Shown in pieces: positions 21,778 to 30,197 of a DNA stretch of 64,000 nt (positions are counted from its first letter, which is position 1; each line of letters opens with the position of its first letter). The notes beneath the pieces are model-generated. The model did not search any database and was not told where the DNA came from. It worked only from the letters and a program-made list of their open reading frames with translations. The DNA is taken from positions 3,223,479 to 3,287,478 of the forward strand of contig OY970200.1 in assembly GCA_963708235.1 (NCBI GenBank), written 5' to 3'. The stretch is from an uncultured Acidimicrobiia bacterium (lineage in GTDB: Bacteria > Actinomycetota > Acidimicrobiia > Spongiisociales > UBA5794). The position numbers and the translations under genes are program-made.

Positions 21778-22977
21778 GTGACTAGAACCGCCCTGATGTT
21801 GGCGTTGGCATTGGTGATGGTCGGCGCCTGTTCGGGTTCCGATGACGAGGTGGCTCCGCTGGGTCCGCCGGTCGACCGCCTGGTGGTGGTCGACGGTTCG
21901 GCGGTGGTCACCATGACCCCCGAGGGCGGTGACCGGGTCGTCATCCACGACGAGGCGGATGCGGTGTCGTTCCAGCCGATCTGGTCGTGGGACGGCGAGC
22001 GGATCGCCTTCTCGTCGATCACCGACGGGACCGACTTCTCGGTGACGGTCGCCGCCGCCGACGGCAGCGAGGTGATGTCCGACGAGGCGATCGCCAACGT
22101 CTTCTACCTGCAGTGGTCGCCAGCCGGTGACCGGCTGGGGACGCTGCGCAACCACGTCGAGGGCGGGGTCGCCCTGGATGTCGTCACCGTCGGCGAGGAC
22201 GGGGTGGAGACCGTCGAGGTCGACGACGGCGACTCGTACTACTTCGTGTGGAGCCCGGACGGCGCCGACATGGCGGTGCACGTCGGTTCGGGCAGGTTCG
22301 AGACCTGGGTCGATGGGGAGTTCGGATCGATCGAGGACACACCGGCGTCGTTCCAGGCCCCGATGTGGACCGACGACGGGATCTTCGGGGTCCGCAGCGC
22401 CGACGATTCGGTGGTGTTGACCCGGTACGACCCCGACGGCGACCCAGAGGATCTGGTCGAGGTCGCCGGCCCGACCTCGTTCCATGTGTCACCGGACGGC
22501 AGACGGATCGCCCTGCAGAGTCTGTCCTCGGCCGACGGGATCGAGGTGGCGTGGCGGACGCAGCCGGCGGTGGACCAGCGCCTTGCTGGCAACCGGGTCT
22601 ATGTGGTGGATGTCGAGTCGGGTGAGGTCACCGAGGTGATGAACCGGCTGGTGACCGGTTTCTGGTGGAGCCCCGACGGCGAGCGGCTGGCGATCCTGTA
22701 TCTCCCGGAGGGAAGCCGGTCGCGGATGATCTGGCGGTTCTGGGAGGACGGGGTGCTGACGGATGGTCCGGAGTTCGTTCCGCTGTCGACGTGGGTCACC
22801 GACCTGATCCCGTTCGTCGACCAGTACAACCGCTCGATGACCCCGTGGTCACCGGATTCGGGTTCGCTGGCGTTCCCCGGAACCATCGACGGCGACCCCG
22901 GGATCTGGGTCACCGAGATCGACGGCGAGGCCACCAAGGTCTCCGACGGCACCTGGGTGACATGGTCACGGAGCTGA
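21778..22977 (+). CDS. lipoprotein with PD40/TolB-like beta-propeller repeats
   Basis: GTG start after GGAAGAGACCCAC. The lipobox is ALALVMVGAC. Six repeats of the [FW]xWSPDG(x)R[IL]A motif are present (IWSWDGERIAF, LQWSPAGDRLG, FVWSPDGADMA, FHVSPDGRRIA, FWWSPDGERLA, TPWSPDSGSLA). Confidence 0.7.
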   Translation: MTRTALMLALALVMVGACSGSDDEVAPLGPPVDRLVVVDGSAVVTMTPEGGDRVVIHDEADAVSFQPIWSWDGERIAFSSITDGTDFSVTVAAADGSEVMSDEAIANVFYLQWSPAGDRLGTLRNHVEGGVALDVVTVGEDGVETVEVDDGDSYYFVWSPDGADMAVHVGSGRFETWVDGEFGSIEDTPASFQAPMWTDDGIFGVRSADDSVVLTRYDPDGDPEDLVEVAGPTSFHVSPDGRRIALQSLSSADGIEVAWRTQPAVDQRLAGNRVYVVDVESGEVTEVMNRLVTGFWWSPDGERLAILYLPEGSRSRMIWRFWEDGVLTDGPEFVPLSTWVTDLIPFVDQYNRSMTPWSPDSGSLAFPGTIDGDPGIWVTEIDGEATKVSDGTWVTWSRS

Positions 22978-23066
22978 CCCGACCGGGCCGACCCCTGGGA
23001 CCGCCGCAACCTGCCAAGGGCTATACTCGCCCATGCTCACCCGTCCGAAAGTCCGGGTGATCGGTT

Positions 23067-23144
23067 GGGGGCGTGGTGAAGTCTGGAGTTCACGCCGGCC
23101 TGTCAAGCCGGAGGTCGCGGGTTCGAATCCCGTCGCTCCCGCCA
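23067..23144 (+). tRNA. tRNA-Asp (anticodon GTC), CCA encoded
   Basis: The manual cloverleaf has acceptor GGGGGCG/CGCTCCC (one G-U), D-stem GTGA/TCAC, anticodon stem CCGGC/GCCGG with loop CTGTCAA, T-arm GCGGG-TTCGAAT-CCCGT, discriminator G, and CCA. Confidence 0.85.
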
Positions 23145-23199
23145 ACCCAACGCCCGGATCTCACGGTCCGGGCGTTGGTCGTACCGGCGAACAATCCCC

Positions 23200-23272
23200 G
23201 GTCAGGTAGCTCAGTTGGTAGAGCGCCGGTCTGAAAAACCGGAGGTCGGCGGTTCGAGACCGCCCCTGACCA
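23200..23272 (+). tRNA. tRNA-Phe (anticodon GAA)
   Basis: GGTCAGGTAGCTCAGTTGGTAGAGC... matches the canonical tRNA-Phe 5' half. The acceptor is GGTCAGG/CCTGACC, the anticodon stem is CCGGT/ACCGG with loop CTGAAAA, the T-arm is GGCGG-TTCGAGA-CCGCC, and the discriminator is A. Confidence 0.9.
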
Positions 23273-23278
23273 CCCCAA

Positions 23279-23315
23279 GAGCCCCAACGATTCCCACCGG
23301 AAACCGTTGGGGCTC
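23279..23315 (+). terminator. hairpin (11-bp stem GAGCCCCAACG / CGTTGGGGCTC, 15-nt loop) directly downstream of tRNA-Phe
   Basis: A perfect inverted repeat starts 7 nt after the tRNA. It could equally be part of an attachment site. Confidence 0.4.
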
Positions 23316-24015
23316 AACGATTTCCGATCCCCGCTGACATCTCACCCGGCTTCACCGGGTTTCGCGCTTTCTCACCCGATTTCACTGCTCTCCGCCGCGG
23401 AGCGCGCGCGGATCCGCTGCGCTACTCGGAATGCGTCGAGGCGTTCATGGCGCCTTAAACGCCGCGCGGATAGGGAGTGGTGATCCACCAGTCGGGGGGT
23501 TGTCTCGGGGATGATCCCGAGTGCACACAACCCCCGACCTGGTGGGGGCCACATCACGCGCGCTTGAAGCCCGGTGTCATGCAGGCGACGTAGGAGATGT
23601 TCGAGGCGGTGTTGCCGGAGCCGCCGGTGGATAACCAATCCGTTGGGTCGGCACCGCAGACGGATCCCGGATCGGGTGTGCTTTCAAGGGATCCTGCCCC
23701 GGCTCGTGACGTAGTCCTCGTGGGAGGACATCGAGTGGGTCCTCGGTTATGTCGTGTCCGACACGGTCCGGATGGCCGGTGTCATGTCGATCGCTCATCT
23801 TCAAGAGAAAGCTAGTGATCGGCCCGGGCGGTCGTCCACTCTGCTCATGCCTGGAGAAGTGTTGACGAAAAGTGTCGGCGAGAAGCTCGGGTCGTCCGAT
23901 CAGCGACTACTACTCCAAGGAAGCGCGCCTCAAGCTGACGAAATGTCGCGGAGGGTCTGTGCCCGGCGAACCTAGAATGCGGGTGTGGGTCGATAGCTCG
24001 TAGGAGTAGCACGCC

Positions 24016-24879
24016 ATGCCACCCGATGAAGTTGGGTCCGTCACCCCCTACCTGCACCGATGGGGAGTCGTCGTCGCCTTGGCAGGAGTCGTGATCGCAG
24101 CTGCTATCGGTATCGTACAGATCAACCGCAGCGCTGGGGCTGTCGGTCCCTCGTCGACCGCTCTCCAACCATCCGAGCAGACGACCTCGACGCTCGTCCC
24201 GACGACCTCGACGCTCGTCCCGACGACCTCAACAGCCGACGACACCACGGTCGCAGGTTCCGGTGCCTCGTCCGCCGAAGCAGCCCAGCGCGCCCTCGCC
24301 ATCGCGGAGGGCGCCGAGTCAGTATTGCCTGCCGACTACACCAGCTCGATCGAACAGGGCGAACCCGACTCCGTCGAGGGCGAAGACAACACTATGTTCG
24401 CTACCTGTCTCGACGGTGAGGAGTTCGCTATCGATGAGACGGCGTCCATCACCGCCGGGGTGGCGACGCTGACCGCAGACGGGCCGATGCAGGACTCCGG
24501 GCTGCCCGGACCGTCAGCCTCGATCGAGGTCCGGGTCTTCGACAATGCCAGTGCCGGCGACGAGGTCTTCGGCGTGCTCGAGCAGATCTTCGGCTCCGAC
24601 GCGGGACGCCAGTGTCTTGCCAACAGCGTTCAGGACTCGATGGGACCGATGATGGAGGACGCCGAGATCGACCTGTCGATCAATCGGCTCACCGTCGATG
24701 GCGCCGACATCGGTTCCCGCATCATGATGGATCTGGGCCTCGAAGGATTCGAGGCCCAGGTCGCCATCGACCTGCTTGCCTCCCTGGACGGCGACATCGG
24801 CACCTTCGGATCGTTCTTCAGCTTCGGCGACCCTTTCCCCGCCGACCTCCAGGCCGACATCATGACCGCGACCAGCTGA
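24016..24879 (+). CDS. hypothetical membrane-anchored acidic protein (one N-terminal TM, Thr/Ser-rich linker with direct repeat STLVPTT x2)
   Basis: ATG follows GTAGGAGTAGCAC. The TM is WGVVVALAGVVIAAAIGIV, and the extracytoplasmic part is very acidic. GC is lower than the surroundings. No recognisable family. Confidence 0.55.
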   Translation: MPPDEVGSVTPYLHRWGVVVALAGVVIAAAIGIVQINRSAGAVGPSSTALQPSEQTTSTLVPTTSTLVPTTSTADDTTVAGSGASSAEAAQRALAIAEGAESVLPADYTSSIEQGEPDSVEGEDNTMFATCLDGEEFAIDETASITAGVATLTADGPMQDSGLPGPSASIEVRVFDNASAGDEVFGVLEQIFGSDAGRQCLANSVQDSMGPMMEDAEIDLSINRLTVDGADIGSRIMMDLGLEGFEAQVAIDLLASLDGDIGTFGSFFSFGDPFPADLQADIMTATS

Positions 24880-25223
24880 GACCCTCCAAAGATCACCCCC
24901 ACAGGGCGCCCTCCTCGCCGGTGGGGTGCCTGTCTGGCAGGTGTGCTGGGACAGGTCCGGGCTGGTTAGGGAATCCTCAGCGCACCAAGGTCGTACCCAC
25001 AATGCGACAGCGACGTCTCAGTCGTGCTCAAAGCGCCATCGCACCTGCGTCAGCACCTACCGGCTCAGAGGAGGACTGGTGGTCCAAGCTCCGTGCCGTA
25101 GCTGTACATCAACCGCCACTGCGGCGAAGATCAACGTGCCATCATCGGAGGCCTGCGCTAGGCCCTGCGCATTACTTCTGAGACGGGGAGTCACGATGAC
25201 CACGGAATACCCAGGTTGAGCCG

Positions 25224-25952
25224 ATGGATCACGATCCGCGCTGGGCGGCCGTTGAGCAGAGTTCCTTGGCCGGCTTATATATCTATGAGGTGCGCTGGCT
25301 GTTGATCTCGTGTGTGGATGCGGCGGCGCGCTTGGCCGATCTCGCACCAGCCGACCTCGGTGACGTCATGAAGGTCGACGGGTCAATAGGCGTTAGTGCC
25401 ATTGAGGCGATTTCATCAGCGGCACGTCTGAATGCGCTCCTATTTGCTGCACCACGTCGAAAGGGCGAGTCCCTGAAGCGATTCGAGCTGCGCAAGCGCC
25501 GCGCTAGCTGGCTGAGGGACAGGGTCTTTGACGGAGTCGACGTGTCCGTGCTCAACGATCGAGGCGTCCGGAATAGCATCGAGCACTTCGATGACCGCCT
25601 AGATGAGGTCGCAGAGAAGGCTACCGACGGCGTGCACGAGTTCCCTCTCACGATCGTGAGCGACGTCGCACTCGGCCGACCGGGCTTGCTCGAATTCTTG
25701 GAGCGAGGAGAAGCGCCACCGAAGACGGTCCAGCATGTCCGTACATATGTGGCCTCCACCAACGAGTACCGCATCCTGCGCTGGAGCTTCGACGTCGGTG
25801 CCGTTGCCAGGTGCTGTAGGTCGATGCTGGACCACTTGGTCGATAGCGGGTATTTCGACGCTCGACTACCTGAAGAGCGAGCCGGATTGATGCTGTCCCA
25901 GCGTTCGCGGCCTCAGGCGAAGGGGATTCTGTCGGAGAACGAAGACGGCTGA
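25224..25952 (+). CDS. hypothetical protein with an Rx4H (HEPN-like) motif (VRNSIEHF)
   Basis: The 242-aa ORF is in the lowest-GC part of the window (about 60%). The only recognisable feature is the R-x4-H motif typical of HEPN RNase/abortive-infection domains. This is weak evidence. Confidence 0.45.
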   Translation: MDHDPRWAAVEQSSLAGLYIYEVRWLLISCVDAAARLADLAPADLGDVMKVDGSIGVSAIEAISSAARLNALLFAAPRRKGESLKRFELRKRRASWLRDRVFDGVDVSVLNDRGVRNSIEHFDDRLDEVAEKATDGVHEFPLTIVSDVALGRPGLLEFLERGEAPPKTVQHVRTYVASTNEYRILRWSFDVGAVARCCRSMLDHLVDSGYFDARLPEERAGLMLSQRSRPQAKGILSENEDG

Positions 25953-26297
25953 GCAGCATCGTGGAGCGTGAATGCAGATCTAGAGTGGTTCCGGCCCGCT
26001 GTACCTCGTGCTAGCCGGGCCAGCCGACAATCGCGGCAAGGTGTGGGCCGCTGGGAGGAGGGGACGAGGTTGGCTCCCTCCGAAGGCGGTGCGGCGCACC
26101 ACGTATTGCAGCCGCTCTTCTCGGGTGATTCGGCCGCGACCACGACCACCGAGAGGGGTGGCTGACTGTTGTCGGCGCTTCGCGGCAGCGGCCCGGGCGG
26201 TCGTGCTGGCGGTGTGTTTGGCGGTCACGTTGCCTGCCTGTCGCTGTCGTAGCGCTTTTGCCAGCCGATGGCGGGCGCGGGTAGCCCTGTGGTGTGA

Positions 26298-26513
26298 TCA
26301 GCGCGGGGCTGGCACGAGGTGAGCGAGTTGGGCTTCTCGTTCTTGGTCGAGGTATCGCTCGATGTCGTCGGGTCGGAACAGGATGCGTCGTCCGACCCGG
26401 ACACCGAGCGAGCCCGGTTGTTCACCTCGGTAGCGCTGTTGGTAGATAGCTCCGGGGGTGGCGCGGACGATCGTTGCGATCTCTTCGACCGTGAGGAGTT
26501 GAGGGATTGTCAT
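26298..26513 (-). CDS. excisionase/AlpA-family helix-turn-helix DNA-binding protein (Xis-like), 71 aa
   Basis: MTIPQLLTVEEIATIVRATPGAIYQQRYRGEQPGSLGVRVGRRILFRPDDIERYL fits the HTH_17/MerR-type excisionase fold. GGAGA lies 8 nt upstream. The longer Met-initiated ORF upstream is Pro/Ser/Thr junk. Confidence 0.65.
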   Translation of the reverse strand: MTIPQLLTVEEIATIVRATPGAIYQQRYRGEQPGSLGVRVGRRILFRPDDIERYLDQEREAQLAHLVPAPR

Positions 26514-26568
26514 CGGCTTCTCCAGTTGGACGGCGTGTGCACGGTCTGGGTGACCTCTCGGCAGTGGT

Positions 26569-28842
26569 TCATCGCTGAAGGGATCGGGCTGTCGATGGGT
26601 CGCCTGCTCGGCGTCCCTGGCTCGGTCGTCGGGTTTGGTCCATGTCGGTGAGGTGGTAGTTGATCCCGCGTTCGACGGCGGCGGGGTCCCAGTCGATGCG
26701 TTGGGAGATGAGCTCGGCTGCCTGGGCGCGTAGCTGTGGGTCGGTGAGGCCGACGACGATGACGGAGGCGTCGCGGAGGGCGTTCCAGTCGGCTTCGCGG
26801 TCGTTCGAGTCACGCTCGTTGAGGATGTGATCGATGACGTGGAGAGGAAGGGGTGTGGCCTCGGCGAGCGCCTTGCGCAACACGGGAAGCTGTCGGTTGG
26901 CGACGAGATCGGCGGGGTCGCTTCCCGCGGGGAGGGTGGCGACGCGGATGTTGAGGTCGGGGTCGACTTCCTCGGCGAGTTGGTGGACGCGGCGGGCGGC
27001 TTGGGTGCCGGCGTCGTCGCCGTCGAGGGTCAGTGTCACTCGGTGGGTGGTGCGGCGGAGGGTGGCGAGGTGGTGGGTGGTGATGGCGGTGCCGCCGGCA
27101 GCGACGGCGTTGGTGATGCCGGTTTGGTGGAGCGCGATGGCGTCGAGGTAGCCCTCGACGAGGATCGCCTCGCCGGTGTGGACGATGCCGGAGTGGGCGT
27201 GGTGGTGGCCGTAGAGGAGTTCGCTCTTGCGGTAGATGGCGGTGGCCGGCGTGTTGAGGTACTTGGGGCCGTCGCCTTCGATGAGTCTGCCGGCGAACCC
27301 TCTCGGGTGTCCTTGGCGGTCGTGGATGGGGAACACGAGCCGGCCGCGCATGGTGTCGTAGAGCCGTCCGGTTCGTGCCCGGGCGACGACACCGGCAGCG
27401 AGCAGGTCGCTGGGGGTGTACCCGTCGCGTTGGAGGGCATTCGTGATGGTCTGCCAGGAGGGCGGGGCGTAGCCGAGTTGGAATCGCCCGGTGATCTCGT
27501 CGGTGAAGTTCCGCCCTTCAAGATGTTGGCGGGCGGCCTCGCCCTTGGGTCCGCGTAGCCACGTTTGGTAGTGGGTGATGGCGCGGTCGAGGACCTGCTG
27601 GATACGAGCGGTGTCCTGTTGGCGGTCGGCGGTGCCTCGGGGTGGGATACCGCCGGGGATGACATCGGCGGGGTAGGCCATGGCGCCGCCACGGTGGGCG
27701 CGTTCGGCGTGGGTTCCGCAGGCGAGTTCGTAGTAGGCGTTGCCTTGCCTGCCGGGTTCGGCGGGGCCGTCGTAGACGGCGAGGTGGGTGGCGTCGTCGC
27801 CGCAGCTGGCGCAGCCGCCGTCGCGGGTCATGATGCCGGGGTGCCCGGGCGGGTAGATGCTGTACACCGCACCCCGCCGCTGCACCGTGCTCAGCTGGTC
27901 GGCGTCGATCTGTTCTCGCACCACGCCGTGGCCCACGGTCTCGCGTTCGGGGGCGGCGGGTGCGAGTTCGGGTGTGGGTGCTCGTTCGAGGGCGGGAAGA
28001 ATGCCCCGAGCGCAGGTGAGGACCCGCTGCGCGGTCTGGGCGATGAGGTTGGCGTTGCCGTCGGACCAGGTCGCAACGTAGGGGAGGCTGTAGCTGGCGG
28101 TGTCGATCCCGGCCGCGGCGGCAACGATGTAGGCGACGGATTCGGCTTCGACCTCGATGACGCCGCGGCATTCGGGGCGTTGCCCACCGTCCGGGTCGTG
28201 GAGGCGGATGTGGGCCAGTTCGTGGGCGGCGGTCTTGAACCGCTGTGCCCCCGACAGGTCGTCGCGGATGGCGACCTGGCGGCTGTCCCATGTGGTCATG
28301 CCGTTGGCGGTACCGAGACTCGCCGGGTGGACGAGGTCGAGGGTGAACCCTTCGGCGGCGATCAGGGCAGCGAGGGTGTCCCATTGTTGGGGGAGGTCCC
28401 CGACTGCGTGTTGAGGTCGGACTTCGGGGAGGGGTTCGCCGTCTGTCTGGGAGATGTCGAAGACGTGCACGACCCGGAACCCGACCACCCGCCGCTCACT
28501 CTCCTCCTTTGAGTCGGCTCTGGTAGCGGCGGGGGTGTGGTCGGGTTCGAGGTCGGGGGTCTTTCGAATGATCGGTGCCAGGATCGGGATGCCCTTTTCG
28601 CCCTTCCGGACTTGGCGGTCGAGTTCTTGCCATTTGCGGTACCCGGCGACTCGGCTGGGGGTGATGCCGCGGCGATGGGCTTCGATGGCGATGAGCTGGG
28701 CGTTGGCGAACGAGTAGTCGTGGAACTTCGACGCCACCTCGAGCGCGGCGAGCCAGTCCTCTGAGGTGACGAGGGCCCACAGGGATTCCTCGAGCTGGGC
28801 GTGGAGCTGAGCGGCGGCATCTGAACTCTGCATGAGCCGCAC
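26569..28842 (-). CDS. ArdC-like (N-terminal ssDNA-binding domain plus HEXXH metalloprotease) fused to a zinc-finger CHC2 and DnaG-type TOPRIM primase
   Basis: The N-terminus WLAALEVASKFHDYSFANAQLIAIEAHRRGITPSRVAGYRKWQELDRQVRKGEKGIPILAP matches the ArdC N-domain, and HELAHIRLH is an HEXXH motif. The C-terminal half has CASCG...H and GRLVFPIHDRQGHPRGFAGR...KYLNTP...ILVEGYLDAIAL (TOPRIM, EGYxD). Confidence 0.75.
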   Translation of the reverse strand: MRLMQSSDAAAQLHAQLEESLWALVTSEDWLAALEVASKFHDYSFANAQLIAIEAHRRGITPSRVAGYRKWQELDRQVRKGEKGIPILAPIIRKTPDLEPDHTPAATRADSKEESERRVVGFRVVHVFDISQTDGEPLPEVRPQHAVGDLPQQWDTLAALIAAEGFTLDLVHPASLGTANGMTTWDSRQVAIRDDLSGAQRFKTAAHELAHIRLHDPDGGQRPECRGVIEVEAESVAYIVAAAAGIDTASYSLPYVATWSDGNANLIAQTAQRVLTCARGILPALERAPTPELAPAAPERETVGHGVVREQIDADQLSTVQRRGAVYSIYPPGHPGIMTRDGGCASCGDDATHLAVYDGPAEPGRQGNAYYELACGTHAERAHRGGAMAYPADVIPGGIPPRGTADRQQDTARIQQVLDRAITHYQTWLRGPKGEAARQHLEGRNFTDEITGRFQLGYAPPSWQTITNALQRDGYTPSDLLAAGVVARARTGRLYDTMRGRLVFPIHDRQGHPRGFAGRLIEGDGPKYLNTPATAIYRKSELLYGHHHAHSGIVHTGEAILVEGYLDAIALHQTGITNAVAAGGTAITTHHLATLRRTTHRVTLTLDGDDAGTQAARRVHQLAEEVDPDLNIRVATLPAGSDPADLVANRQLPVLRKALAEATPLPLHVIDHILNERDSNDREADWNALRDASVIVVGLTDPQLRAQAAELISQRIDWDPAAVERGINYHLTDMDQTRRPSQGRRAGDPSTARSLQR

Positions 28843-28852
28843 CGTGCCGGAA

Positions 28853-28990
28853 CCCGTTCACCAACCATTGCCACACCTGTTCACCAACGACACACCAACC
28901 CCCATTGCCTCGACCGGGACCGGAAGCCGCCGTGGTGTGTCGTTGGTGTGTGTCTGGTGAGCGATCCGGGCAACGTTTGGTGAACGGCAT
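28853..28990. promoter_or_regulatory. divergent promoter region with four TGGTGAAC-type motifs (two in each orientation) and CGTTGGTGTGTG units; near-identical to the block at 54512-54590
   Basis: GTTCACCAACC occurs at 28855 and GTTCACCAACG at 28879. GTGGTGTGTCGTTGGTGTGTGTCTGGTGAGCG occurs at 28933-28964 and TTTGGTGAACG at 28976. About 30 nt of this is almost identical to CGTTGGTGTGTCGTTGGTGTGTGTTTGGTGAACGG upstream of the relaxase. Confidence 0.5.
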
Positions 28991-28995
28991 CGCTG

Positions 28996-29769
28996 ATGGT
29001 GCCCGCCATGGACGAGACACCCACGACCGAGCGGGCGGTGGACACCGAGCTGGTGCGCCGCATCCAGGCGGACTGGCGACTTCTGGTCGAATCGCGACGG
29101 TTCCGCACCCACCTGAACCGATGGGGTGTCGAGGACCCTCGCCTGGCGTTTCCTCATGGCGACGACCTGGTTGCTGCGGCGCGTCGCCGCGACACCGACG
29201 ATTGGCGCCACCGCGACCAGGCTCTCTCTGCGCTGTTGGCGAGGGTCGGGTCGGATGCGTTGGCGAGGCGGGTGGCGCTGCAGGTAGTGCTCCCCGGTGT
29301 CGTCACCCTCATCGACACGGTGCGGGGTTGGGACATCGAGGAGCGCGCCTCGCGTGTGGTGGCCGAAGCCGTCGAAGTGCTGGAACGGTGTTCCGGCGTC
29401 GAGGCGGGGACTGCTCCGAACTTCCGGGTGTTCGCCAATACCCGCCGTCGGGTCCTGCGGGCAGCGATTCGGGACCGGAACGAACCCGTCACACCTACCG
29501 GTGTCGCGGTCGAGTCGGTCGCTCACGCTGAGCCCGGGGACGGTGACCCGTCGCTGGGGGCTGAGGCGGAGTTGCGGGAGCTCGTCGAGTGGATCAGCAC
29601 CGAAGGCGGGGTGCGCCGTGACGTCGCCGGTGAGGTCGTATTGACCCGCTCCGGCGGGGTCGATGTCGATCACCTGGCGGAGATTCTGGGCGTCTCGGCT
29701 CAGACGCTGCGGCGCCGGCGGCTGCGCACCGAGCAGCGCCTCGCCCGAACTCTGAGCCTCGAACGATGA
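28996..29769 (+). CDS. putative transcriptional regulator with a C-terminal sigma-70 region-4-like HTH
   Basis: The C-terminus VDVDHLAEILGVSAQTLRRRRLRTEQRLARTL resembles sigma-70 region 4 / LuxR-type HTH. The gene is divergent from the primase and adjacent to the TGGTGAAC repeats. The family is not firmly identified. Confidence 0.5.
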   Translation: MVPAMDETPTTERAVDTELVRRIQADWRLLVESRRFRTHLNRWGVEDPRLAFPHGDDLVAAARRRDTDDWRHRDQALSALLARVGSDALARRVALQVVLPGVVTLIDTVRGWDIEERASRVVAEAVEVLERCSGVEAGTAPNFRVFANTRRRVLRAAIRDRNEPVTPTGVAVESVAHAEPGDGDPSLGAEAELRELVEWISTEGGVRRDVAGEVVLTRSGGVDVDHLAEILGVSAQTLRRRRLRTEQRLARTLSLER

Positions 29770-29882
29770 CATCCCAACCAACCCTTCCACCAACGGGTGT
29801 CGCGTGGCGACCGTCGTCGCCGCCCCTTAGAAGGGAAAGAGGGTCAACCACGAACCGATCGACCCAGCAACAGGAGGAGATC

Positions 29883-30197
29883 ATGGTGACGACAACGGCA
29901 ACCCCCCTCGGCGGATGGCCGGTCCTGGGGCCTGTCGAGGGCGAGGACATTCGGTGTGTCCCCTTGGACGAGTTGGACCGGCGGGTCCGTGCCGCTGCGG
30001 AGGTGTGGGAGACACTGGTCGATGAGTGCGCCTCGTCGGGGATGCTGCCGTCACCGCCGGTGGCGTCCCTGCTGACCTCGTTCTTGGAGCGGGACTACTG
30101 GATCGCCGAAGAAGCCCACATCGAAGGCCTCCGACGCCGCACCCACTCCGACCGCACCAGAACCCTGATCGACAACGCGGCGGATGCCCGTGGCTGA
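29883..30197 (+). CDS. hypothetical protein (104 aa)
   Basis: ATG follows AACAGGAGGAGATC. The frame has high GC3. The upstream in-frame Met at 29766 gives a Pro/Arg-rich extension overlapping the previous gene. Confidence 0.5.
   Translation: MVTTTATPLGGWPVLGPVEGEDIRCVPLDELDRRVRAAAEVWETLVDECASSGMLPSPPVASLLTSFLERDYWIAEEAHIEGLRRRTHSDRTRTLIDNAADARG

Noticed and set aside
22978-23066. tRNA promoter (-10 TATACT at 23022-23027)
   Set aside because: A good -10 hexamer is present, but no convincing -35 at a 16-18 nt spacing. It is left as unsupported.
25980-26228. Possible integrase or small gene downstream of the Xis-like gene
   Set aside because: Only short Arg/Ala-rich ORFs are present. No recombinase motifs (R-H-R-Y or S-recombinase) were found by eye anywhere in 23300-26300.
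28858-29793. 311-aa minus-strand ORF
   Set aside because: It is antisense to the plus-strand HTH regulator gene and spans the primase promoter repeats. It is Arg/Pro-rich.
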